NCBI GenBank assembly: GCA_013115145.1
Contig: JAAPAO010000091.1
Location: forward strand, 19,300 to 83,299
Length of the DNA stretch: 64,000 nt
Source of the DNA: Perkinsus chesapeaki ATCC PRA-425
Taxonomy: Eukaryota > Protista > Perkinsozoa
Direction: 5' to 3'
The notes beneath the pieces are model-generated. The model was not told where the DNA came from, ran no database searches, and saw nothing but the letters and a program-made list of their open reading frames with translations. Below are positions 1 to 10,404 of this stretch, one piece after another (position 1 is the stretch's first letter; the number at the start of each line of letters is the position of its first letter). The translations under genes and the position numbers were made by a program.

Positions 1-710
1 CTGGCAAGCCACTAACGGAAGTATTTATGAACGTTTCTCCAGTCACGTCATGTTGCTTACCTCTGAGATCATTTTCTTGAATATCTTAACCGCCAATGCT
101 TCGGGTTTTCGGAAGTCTCCGCCAAATTTGACACTTAAGAATGCCCTTGCTGCGGTCAATAAGATACTGCAATCTAGGTTTCCGGATGAGGATACGCCAA
201 TACCAACTTCGTGCTCACTGAGGAGAACACAGTATCTCACCGGCACCGACCGTTGCTTACAAGTCATCGAGAGAGAGGGCTACGACGACCTTGTCTCCCC
301 TGACGCCGTTTGGGTTCAGGATGGGGCGAGGGTAATCACCTGTCGATGGCCTTGACGCTCATGCCCCCAACTTAGGTGGGCGAGTCAGGTGTTCTTACCG
401 ATTTTGACGACCTTCCAGCTTAGCGCCTCACCGGATGGATCCTTATAGTCACACTGGTACAAGCATCCTTGAGGAAGACACTCTTTCTTGGTACCAGAAT
501 CGACCACATTACCCAGAGTAGGCTAAGGACAGGTAGTAGGCTTAACGCTATTGTGTTCGACATATCAGTGTAAGAATCTTACAGTAAGGTACTTACCATT
601 TTGATCTTATCATGGCTTGTCGGTTTGGCAGCAGTCAAGGTGGCCTCTATCTTTGCATTGTGTATTAACCAACAGAGAATAGGTACACAAGAGGTCCAAT
701 GAGAAGGCAT
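1..710 (-). CDS. Multi-exon hypothetical protein, possibly secreted; 3' end runs off the window
   Basis: Manual splicing at GT-AG sites joins MPSHWTSCVPILCWLIHNAK.. | PTLGNVVDSGTKKECLPQGCLYQC.. | ..EHEVGIGVSSSG..KKMISE|gtaagc. No family recognised. Confidence 0.45.
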
Positions 711-845
711 TTTATATGCACAAATCCTGTCGCGGGAACGGGTCACAAACTTACAAGGTTACTTGCTACGCTAAGGTGGGTAACTTGAGGCATGACGGAA
801 CGCAAGCATACGATTTGCCAGCAGGACGGTAAAGTCTGCAAAGTG

Positions 846-2193
846 CTAAATTGGAGTAGGAGCTACAGCAGCTGGTGACGATGGGGGTAAAAGGATGACA
901 ACCTGCATAGGCTGCTGCTGCCCAGAATGCATTATGGGCGATGGCTGTGCTCCGATTGAAGGTAAATATCCGGTGGGGACGAAGTCTATCCACATATACC
1001 CCAGCTGGCAGCAGTTCCGAGGAAGGCCTGAACGTGACATCACCATTCCCTGATGATGTATCGGTAGGATCGTGGGACACCTTGCAGGGTGAAAATTGCA
1101 CGGCTGGACTTATATGAGCAATGGGAAAGGTGATGGCAAGTGCTCCACATGTTGTAAGCGCCAAGTTTCTTACCTTCTGGGACCCCATTCGTTCTATTCT
1201 TCCTTATACAGTAGCAGTAAGCTACATAACTGAAAGGGAATATGATCGGATGAAGCCATCCCCGAGACGCCACCCGGTTCCTTGCAGAGGTACCGCCAGA
1301 TTGCTTTCGAGACTCGAAAACTCCCTCTGTACGCGGTTGAACGACGAAGCGGCTCCAAGCCAGACAGCAAGGACTGACGAAAATACCTCGGCCTGAAGTC
1401 TTGCCTGTAACAATGCCTACTGAATATAATCGGCATGGCGATTCTCATCATGAGGGTCATGAGCCGCGAACTTCTAAAATTGTCGTCGTATTCAGAATCG
1501 GCCCAAATGAAAGAGATCATAACTTGTACTAGGATCTGAGGTGAAAGAAGCTCTCTGATGATTCATGTTGATGAGCCCTTGGCTGCGAGGCTTACTATTG
1601 AAGCAATCGGTATGAAGATGACATTAGGGCCGGAATGCCAGATCCTGAAGAGAAACTCCACGCACGGCGAACGAGATGGATTTTCATCTGCGGATATTTC
1701 TACAGCAAAATGTATGGTAAGTACATGTCCAATGAACCAACTAGAAGCCTAGCGAGCAAGGTACTGTATAAGCGTATTGATAGGAGGAGTAAACATGATT
1801 GTTATCATATCCCGATATACAATGAACCAAATGGTTTCGAGGGGATCCCCCACTTTCGGGACAATGGTGAGAAGGTAGCCAGCTCATCGAATAAGTAGTG
1901 CTACCCTGTGCGAGCAAAGAGCAGTGTCTCCGAGTTATTGATTCAGAGTCAGCGATCCGTATGGGGCTTACCATGAACCATTGTAGGTTCGACAAAAGTT
2001 GTACCAATTAGTTGCCGCCTCCTCCAAGCGTGCATGGTATTGTGCGAGAACAGGTGGCCAAGAGATCCGCTCGGTGCGACGGTAAAGGGAGACCTTCAAA
2101 CACAAAAAGTAGCATATCGACTATTCTCGTAACGTAGCTTACAGGAACTCTCATTCCGCCAGGTAGGACAGGATAGGTTTGGTAGCTCCTCAT
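846..2193 (-). CDS. Orphan membrane protein, paralogue A of a tandem pair (multi-exon; start approximate)
   Basis: Spliced product MRSYQTYPVLPGGMRVP|VSLYRR..RLEEAATNWYNFCR..|..LAVPLQGTG|YVAYCYC..VPEG|LPRNCCQLGYMWIDFVPTG..; two hydrophobic segments; aligns with the adjacent paralogue B. Confidence 0.65.
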
Positions 2194-2335
2194 TGCATAT
2201 CTACATGATGCATGCGCACTACAAAGGTTATTCTTTACCACTCTCCCCCTCGACAAAGTTCCACTGCCCCATTCGGAACACGACTATCCTGTTGGTTATA
2301 GACGAGCCATTGCATATTAAGAGGCATGAGGGCAC

Positions 2336-3271
2336 CTAGTATTCTGATTGATTCGGCCTGAAGGCCTGAAGACCGTTCTGATTAGCTGCTGGAGGCGGGA
2401 CAGTGACGTGTATAACAGTTGTTGGTGGTAACATCGTGGACCCTTGCGGGATGAAGTCAATCCATAACCAACCAAGGCTCGAGCATCCTTGTTCAATGCC
2501 TGAGCGACAACACTGAAGGCCACCGAGGAAGGCGGAGCGTACCCTCTGGTGCTCTGGAATGCTTCTCGCGTCGCTGAGTGTGAACTGTAGCCGTGTATCT
2601 AATCGAAGGACGAAGGCGACCAGGAGGCATAAGAGTTACCCTGAGCCTTGGAGTGCAACATCGAGCCTTCGACCAAGCTTGATGAAGTTATTGCGAATGC
2701 CGGAGTAAGTGGTCAGTAAGATTGCGATGAGCAAGAGAACTGAAGAACGAGCAATAAGGTAGAGCAGGGAGAGAGTTGCGGACCTGGTGCTACAGTTAGT
2801 GCGATACTGAGGCTCAGCGCACTCAGCGAGAATTCACTTTCTGAATCTTCTTCCTCTGCTTTAGGGGAGAGGAATAGGAAGTTTACTAGCATCTGATAGA
2901 GAGCCTGAGTCGTGAGGGAGATATGCACCACCTTACGATCGCTGCCACTAGTATGCCGATAAAGGCCACGTTTACATTCCACATTCTGATAAAATCGCTA
3001 CTGATAATCATTATGAGATGCGGCTCACCTGGGGCGGAAGCCTGAGCGACAATATCGATACCAGTCCGCGGCAGCTTCGTCTAAGCGCGGCGTCCAAGGC
3101 TGGAGGGCGTCTGGCCAGTGAATGACGCCGCCAGTAGCGGGGTTCACCTATCAGGGGAAAAACCTCCTTAACGACAGGCGAAAGACATGTTATAAAGTAG
3201 ACCATGCTTCCCATAACGCGACTCACTTCGACCCGTAGAGCGTTCTGAGGAAGGGGATAGGATTGGCCCAT
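2336..3271 (-). CDS. Orphan membrane protein, paralogue B of a tandem pair (multi-exon; an upstream exon is possible)
   Basis: Spliced product MGQSYPLPQNALRVE|VNPATGG..RLDEAAADWYRYCR..|..LDVALQGSG|YTATVH..APEG|IEQGCSSLGWLWIDFIPQG..; shares motifs and intron positions with paralogue A. One internal junction was not resolved. Confidence 0.65.
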
Positions 3272-3378
3272 AAAGTTGAACTTGGGGTATGTTAAAGGCC
3301 CGGTATCTCCCGAAACGCAAGCGTAAGGTTATCAAAGATAATGTTGTCAATGGTAAGAGGCATGAACGCCATGATAAG

Positions 3379-4300
3379 TCAACTACGAGTATGACAACCA
3401 TGCATTCTGCTGCTGCTGCTGGCGGAGCGCTTTAAGGATGGAAGTCGAGGGTCGTGTCTGGCCAGGATTTCATTCTTATGCTCGGCGTATCTTGACCACG
3501 GGATAGCAGCGTAGCAGTAGGGTGCCACGGCGAGCTGATAGGGATGACCTGGTAGATATCCATCTCTGCCGCTCACCTTGCTCCTCGCTAAACCGACATG
3601 TCGATCGCCAGTCTTGTGGTCCACTGTAACCTCGGAGTTAGCATTCGGTGCAATGTATGGTAGAGTAGGAGGGAAGCGTTTTGAGGTGTACCTGTTGAAG
3701 AGCTTCTTCGAGGTAGGTTAAGTGAAGTACACCGCGTTCCGGGCAGCGTCGTCTCCATCCTGGTCCCAGGACTGCCTTGCATTCACCAGTGGCTTCTCAA
3801 TACTGAAGCAATCATTCCAAGTTGTGGTGGAGGTCGTCATACCAGGGAAACCTGCTTGAGCCGCTCTATGCTGTCCGAAGGTCGAGCACTCACCCGGGTA
3901 TCCTTCTCCTTCACTAAGCGACTTGAGGTCAGGGAAGCTCCTTGAATGAACCAGACCGTGAACACACTCCGCTGCTTGCCTCGAAGAGTTGAAGTGAGGC
4001 GATCGTTGTCCCTAACAAAACGCTTCCCTTATCCACCATAATCGCTAATCTCGCCTTCTTAAAGACGCTCTTGCCCCGGCCACTTGCAGCTTCCCAAAAA
4101 GGGTCCGAATAGCTAGACGCTACCGGCTCCTCCTGAGCATACTTTCGGAATTGTATATTCCTACAGATGTCGTTACATTTGCGTGAGCGGCGTGACGATT
4201 CTCTAATCGTATGAGTTCCTGGAGATTCCTTCCACCGCCATACCACCAACCGCTTGAATGAGGGTGATTTGTAACGCCGCGGAACATGTCCGAGATAACT
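3379..4300 (-). CDS. Probable multi-exon hypothetical protein (low complexity)
   Basis: Short open frames bounded by GT/AG sites can be chained (..SFPDLKSLSEGEGYP|..|YTSKRFPPTLPYIAPNANSE..|LAVAPYCYAAIPWSRYAEHKNE..). No family recognised; boundaries uncertain. Confidence 0.3.
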
Positions 4301-4498
4301 AAGCCCCTGTGGGAGTATCAATTCTTCTCAGTAACGGTAGATCAGCAAGGGTATCTTAGCTCGTTCTGTGCACTTCACACCCATCCACTATTGCGTAACA
4401 AGAACACTCGATGGGGTTAGAAACAGCATAAGTTTGCTGCCCCTCTTCAAAGACACTGTACAGCAAGTTGAATTATACCAACAGTCTTCCATTCAGCC

Positions 4499-5528
4499 TC
4501 ATAGCCTCACCACCGTTGGATCCATGATGGTGGAGCCCGTGCTGCAAGTGACCGCCATGACATGCACGTCCTGCGCCCTTCGAGGGTTCAAATTGAGTCG
4601 CGGTACATACTCTGGCCGCTTTAGGTCAGCGGATGCCGTTACTTTATCAGGAAACAGAGGAGGCGTTGTAATCGGTGAGCCCGCTTCCGCTGTGGTGTCG
4701 GCCACCCGGGGCAAATCAGCCTGACAAAAGCGATCTCTTATTCGGTGCGAATGAGACCCATGCCCACTGACGCTGAAGAGAATTGTTCGATACGATGTAC
4801 AAGAACATTACGGAGCAATAGACTGCCTAATAGCTGCGGGTTCCTCCTTACCGGAGCGATGTCATCAAGCGAGACCTCCTCTAGCTCATTTGGCAGCGGC
4901 CTTGGTTCAAGCCTGGAAGCACTGACAGATTCACCAGTGTTGATCTTATGCATGCTGTCCCTATCAGGTTGCATGCCGGCAGAGGAACGCCCATGCGGTC
5001 GGCTAAGCGCGGCTTGTCTTCCAGCAGGTGTAGACTTCTCCTCCTTTAGCTTTTGGATATATCCATCATAGGCCCTCTTAACCTTGGCCAGCAACTTACC
5101 GAAAGATACGTCTTGGATGATAATAGCATCCCACAGATCGGAGTACACTTCAAGCTTCGCTTCGTTGATACCTGATAGAGAGCTGTTGGCCACCGTGCGC
5201 CTCTGGTTTACTTCCTTTAGTCTGGTCACCCTGCCCCCCAGATCTCCGAAGATTCTCTCGGCTACCGAGGACCTGTTGTGGTCTCGCCGGCCCGCTAGAC
5301 CGGCGAGGCGCCCCTAAATTGGACAGGCTCTGGCTCCGCGGTCTCAGGGACGGAGTATGGGCGCTTTTTGGCCTAGTTGAGGGAGGTGGTCCGCGGTGCC
5401 ACGTAGCGCGAGGCACCTTCTGAGCTCCTGTGGCCGTGGGCCACCAGCGACGGTGCACACGGCCGACCTGGGGCGCTGACGGTGAGATGCGCCACTGCTG
5501 CTGTGGGTAGCGGATGAAGGACGGGCAT
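4499..5528 (-). CDS. Coiled-coil protein with a TSNAXIP1_N-like (translin-associated factor X-interacting N-terminal) motif
   Basis: ORF 4738-5229 contains LEVYSDLWDAIIIQDVSFGKLLAKVKRAYDGYIQKL, resembling the TSNAXIP1_N pattern (L.V+..+F..+I.....+..LL..IK..YE). Flanking exons joined at GT-AG sites. Confidence 0.5.
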
Positions 5529-5892
5529 CTAAGATTCGACGCTGACTGGGAGTGGTATATCTTAATAATTGCTAACCTGATCGTGGTCCGTTGAAACTTC
5601 CTGATTGAGTATAGCGCCTACCTACATTGGAAGATATCATAGCTTGAACTGAAAGATACGTTTGGGGTTATCCAGCGAAGATAGAGGGAGATCTCACGAC
5701 GAGACTCTGTGGATTTTACTGGAAGTGGAATCGCTCGATCTTGGTACTATTTCAGGCGAGCGAGAGTAAATTATGCGCTGTATGAAAAATTGAGCGGAGC
5801 GAAGCGACTCTTCCAGCGAGCCTTTACCGGCGGCAGTGCGGCAATTTGCCGCCGGCAAACAGTAATGCCTTTGAAGCCCTTGTTGTTTTTTA

Positions 5893-8800
5893 ATGTCGGC
5901 TACCGCAGTTTCCGGTGGATCGGCCTCACGCGGGCAGCCAGCAGCAGTAGTGGTCAGCGAACAGGAGCGTCATAATGCTGAGGACCTGGCCTTTGATTTA
6001 AGGCAGATGGTTCGGAATGGTCATATAGATGAACCACAATGCAGAGATCTAAAAGAGCAGTGCGAACTTGAGTTTAGGTAGGTGCGTGCTAATCAACCTC
6101 CTAAGAATCTTAGAGATCCCTTTTAGTCGTTGGGAATCTTTAGCTCAACAGGCCGCCAACAGGGAGGACTTTGTAGAGTTTGAGCGCCTAACGGAGGTAG
6201 GATCTTCTACCCCTTTTCCGTTTCCAGTAACTCCTCCAGATTGCCCATAAACTCGGAGATGCTCTACGAGTTTACGATGAGGCTAGTAGAGGCGACAGCC
6301 GACCAACCACAGTCGACAGGTCTGCCAGCTTTGGTGGCCAATCAGCTCGCTCTCTTGCTGCTCCTGGTAAGTGACATGGTCCGTAGGGGAGAATTGACTG
6401 TTGGTCAGTTACTCAACGAGGCGTTAGTATAAGCGACTCGCGACCGCCTGCTGCTGCGGATGATGACATGCCTCCGCCGCCGTCACTAAGTGCGGAGAAG
6501 AAATCTCGAAAGAAGAAGAAGAAGCATCAAAGAAGGCGCAGCACTGGATCGTTCGACGACTTTGATCAACCTGCCTCGGGGGGTGATGGCGGAGCTGGTA
6601 ATATCAACACTGATACATGACCACACCCTCTGCCGTTGTCCTTAGGGCCACAGTCTACAGCTGCGCCTGTCGGGGAGCCTAGCTTCCCAGCCTTTGAAGG
6701 GGCTGATGCTTGGGGTTCGGTGTTCCCTGATCCCGCCCCACCCGCAGCTGGTCCGGTCTCTGTAGCTGGAGGAGCTGACGCTGTTCCACCAGTACTAGCG
6801 GTTCTCTGGCGTGCTACCATTGATTCGGTCGTTTTAGGGAAGTGGAGCTGGAGTTGGGCCAGTACCGGAGCCAGTGGACACTGAGGCTGTTGAGAAGGCC
6901 AAGGCATTGGAGGAGGAGAATGCAGATCTTAACGAGCGGATAGAGACACTAAGTCGACAAGTGTCAGTGGCTCAGAGTAATAGAGGGCGGTGGTGGCAAC
7001 AGGAGCAGCCATAGAGGGTGATGACAGGTGGTATGGCGATGCTGCAAGAGCAGTTAACAGCAGCTCAGAAGACTATAAATAGACAGGAAAATGAGCACGC
7101 ACAGCTGGTCGATAGGTTGGGGAAAAGCGTTCAGATTATTACCAAGCTGAGGCCGATGCAGGGCAAGGCTGAGGTACTGAGGGTTGGTGGTGACTTATGT
7201 TGGTAGATAGCTGTGGTGGTAGGTACTGGAGGAAAGGCTGAAGAAGGCTAATGAGGATGTAGCCACACAGAAGGAGCAGCTGGAGGCCAAGGACAAAGTG
7301 ATCAAAGGCTTGGAGGCACAGCTGGAATCTAAGAGTAAGATGTGGGCATAGGAGAGGGGGCATTGATGGTGGTGGTGGTAGGCAAGCTGTTGACGGAGAC
7401 TAGGCAGAAGCTGTTCAGCGAAAGGGATAGGGTTATGGCGATGAACCAGGAAATTGCTAACTTGAGGGTAGCTAACGATGAGGTAGGAGCTGGGGCTGGA
7501 GTTGGGGAAGGGAAGGGCTTTAATGCAGGTGCAGCAGGAAGCTGATCAACTGGCTAGTAGAGCGGGGATGAGGGAGAAACAGCTGCAGCGGATGCGATAT
7601 ATAGTGGACGCCTCGGGGCTAGTGGCAGATGGTGAGGCGGCAAAGAGATCTGGAAGGGAAAGTATTGGTGGTCAGATGGTGGCTGTAGTGTGATGCCATC
7701 AACGAGTATGCTGTCTCAAGTAGCTGGTACAGCACCGGACCTTAGGACCAGTACTGGCATGACCATGAGGAACATACCCTACAGTCAGGCATCGCTGAAC
7801 CAGAGGCAGCAAATGGTAGTAGCGTCGTAGATGGGTCGGACGAGGGGTCTGGGGCGATTGGTGGCGTGTCAGTTGGCTGGTGGCGGCACTCAGTACAGTA
7901 TTCCTAACACAACAGCGAATGGTGTGTCACCACCGAGTGGGGGTGACAGCCTGAGCCGGATACAGTCCCAGGCCACGGTGGCTGATATGAAGGGCCCGTT
8001 GTTCTTCAGGCCTACGAACGATATGGACTGGGGAAGTAGAAGAGAGGGTTTTGTGGCGCGTGACTTTATATTAATGGTGTGGTTTCAGGGACGGAAGTAC
8101 ATGCCTTAGCGCAGCCCATCAGTGACCAATACAGGCATATGTTGACGTGTGGCAGCGGGGAGTACTCAGGTGCGTCACTTGGCCGCCGTCGCCCAGTAGC
8201 CTTGGTGAGCTCTCTTGTTAGGGACCATCTTTGAGGACACAGCGGTTAGTGTGAGAATGCATTGCTCTGTAGAGGGACTTGGTATAGACCTCAAGTTCGA
8301 CTTGGTTAATAAAGGCGCCTCACCGTTGGTAAGGTTGGAGCTGCGGGTGGTAGTGGGGTTAGATGGAGTGATGGCAGGTACAGGCCAATCTGATAGCGGA
8401 GCCGAGGAAGGTGACCGCCTTTGATTTCACCATAGAGCCTGTGCCGAGTACTGCAGGTTTTAGTACATGGTGTCATAGGCATGTTATTGTTATCAGGTAG
8501 AAGTCCAGTAATAATGGGCGGAGCGAAGCGCGAATTTACTGGCAGATTGGTGGTGAAGTCTCCATATGAGTTCCCCCCTGTCATGTGTATTAGCTATGTA
8601 ATATGGTTGTTGTTGTTGTGCTATTCCGTGTCCCCTTGATAAGCCTGGGTTAGGTCCTGTCTGATGGTACTCCAGTTAATAACTATATCCGTATACCCCT
8701 ACCGATACCAAAGGTGGCCAAGCCAGCTAATCCAAGTAGTATGGTTCTAGCGGCTGTGTTCCATGGAGCCTAGCAGCAAGAGCAGTGAGAGGTGCATCGC

Positions 8801-9311
8801 TCCGCTTGTGCTTTGTAGGTTCGACGGTTTTCTTCGAGCACTGGCGGAGTGAGAAGTTCGGCCTGTGTGAGATTAGTTCGCGGATAAGCCTTAGGAATGA
8901 GTATACGCAAGCGGGAGGTTTGGCGGTAGTATTCTGTAATTTTCGGGCGCAGTGACTTTTATTCGCAGGCCGTCGCTAATGCAGTCGAATTTGGCGGTAA
9001 CTTCGCCCGACTAGCTGGCCTCGATTCAACAGCGAGATCGGTTGTTGTTGTCGGAGTGGTAGGTTGCTGTTCGACCTCACTCACAACTTGCACGCTTTGA
9101 CCTCAGATACCATTCGATACTCCTGCTGAAGTGATGGCTAGAATAGAGCAGAGTGCCCGGCATCCTGGGGAGGCCAGAGTTGAAGTGAGGACACCCAATG
9201 TGGTAAGTGCCTTAATGGAATAGTAGTAGGCGCGGAAACCCCCTCGATCAGGTGCTAAGCCGAGCCGTTCGCAATGCCATCGGTGAGGTGCTCTCAAGCT
9301 GGATGGCATAG
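5893..9311 (+). CDS. GAT-like + coiled-coil + AP-2 alpha-adaptin appendage (ear)-like protein, multi-exon
   Basis: Spliced C-terminus: TIFEDTAVSVRMHCS..DLVNKGASPL..GRLVVKSPYEFPPVMCISY..YIRIPLPIPKVAKPANPS|STVFFEHW..|AVANAVEFGGNFARLAGLDSTARSVVVVGV|..EVMARIEQ..ARVEVRTPNV|VLSRAVRNAIGEVL, colinear with the alpha-adaptin Ig and platform subdomains. Coiled-coil exons at 6.9-7.7 kb; N-terminal EFERLTEIAHKLGDALRVYDE is GAT-like. Confidence 0.6.
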
Positions 9312-9529
9312 GCCGCCGTGTGGCTATTTTTACCAGACTCACTTGACTATTATCATTTACAATGTAACAGTACCACGGTAACAACAAGAAGATAATCAGC
9401 AGCAGCTGCAGCTGCAGCAGTGATGCCTACCATAATAGACTTACCATTCACTTTCCACCATACATTAGCCTTTGCCTTCGACTACATGCATCACGCATGC
9501 TCCTTTTGGTAGAGTATCATTTTACCGTA

Positions 9530-10315
9530 ATGTCGGATGGAAGTCAAGGAAACACTACAGAGGGAACGGAGTTGAAGACAGTGTCGATGGCCGCTGAGCC
9601 ATCTACAGGGACACCAGGCACCCCCAGTGGCTTGGACAGTGGACCCATGGACGGTGTAAGGGAGCCTAGAAACAAGCTCGAGGAGATCAAGATGTACATC
9701 ACCCCCATTATCGCTCGATACGGGCATTTGGTACGACTCTGCGGCCGGAGGGTACGGCTGGATGGATTGGTGGCAGGTCCGACTGGTCCGTCCTTGGCGC
9801 GAGTTTGTACAGTTCAGCAAGCCTACTAAGGAGGGTGAGGTTCAGAAGAGGATAACAGGCAATATACAGTACTTCCAAGCTAACTACGCCATCTGTATGT
9901 TGCTCATTCTCTCTCTTGGTAAATCACCTTGGTCATTCAACTTTCTCAATCGTGCGTTTAGGTATCCTCACGACACCGTCGTGTCTGGTGCTTATGTTGG
10001 TGCTAGCAGGAGTGTGGTTCGTTTTTCTGGGTAAAAACGAGGACCCAAACTGGAAGCCTAAGATTAACGGTATGGAGCTGTCCAAGACCCAGCGAACCTT
10101 CGGGCTCCTGGCTATCACGATGCTACTGGTAGGGTTGTTGCCAGTATGTCCTCTTCATGTCTGTTGTCTCGGCTCAGGTGCTCATTTTTGCCGGTGGTTT
10201 AATAATGTCAGTGCTGGGCATATCAGCTGGTCTCACTATACTTCACGCTGCATTCAACTCCGGTACCCAGTTCGAGGCCTTGGACGAAGCTGAGCAGGCA
10301 TTGGACCAGATATAA
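9530..10315 (+). CDS. PRA1: PRA1 family (prenylated Rab acceptor 1) protein
   Basis: VRPWREFVQFSKP..VQKRITGNIQYFQANY is the PRA1 signature, followed by hydrophobic helices and ILHAAF; four GT-AG introns. Confidence 0.88.
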
Positions 10316-10404
10316 GTCCACCACCACCACTGCTGCTGCTGTAGCGGCCCATCGCCCGCCTTTTTGTTACCCTCTCTTTTTTGGCTTTGGTTGTAAATTG
10401 TAAG

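Noticed and set aside
1645-1971. Hydrophobic reading frame with in-frame TGA inside the 327-nt intron of paralogue A (possible readthrough or cassette exon)
   Set aside because: Paralogue B aligns straight across this intron with the same phase, so no extra exon is needed and there is no evidence for recoding.
766-4321. Possible retrotransposon (integrase/RNase H-like fragments) suggested by fragmented ORFs
   Set aside because: No YxDD, DDE or LTR/TIR structure; the frames resolve into GT-AG multi-exon host genes.
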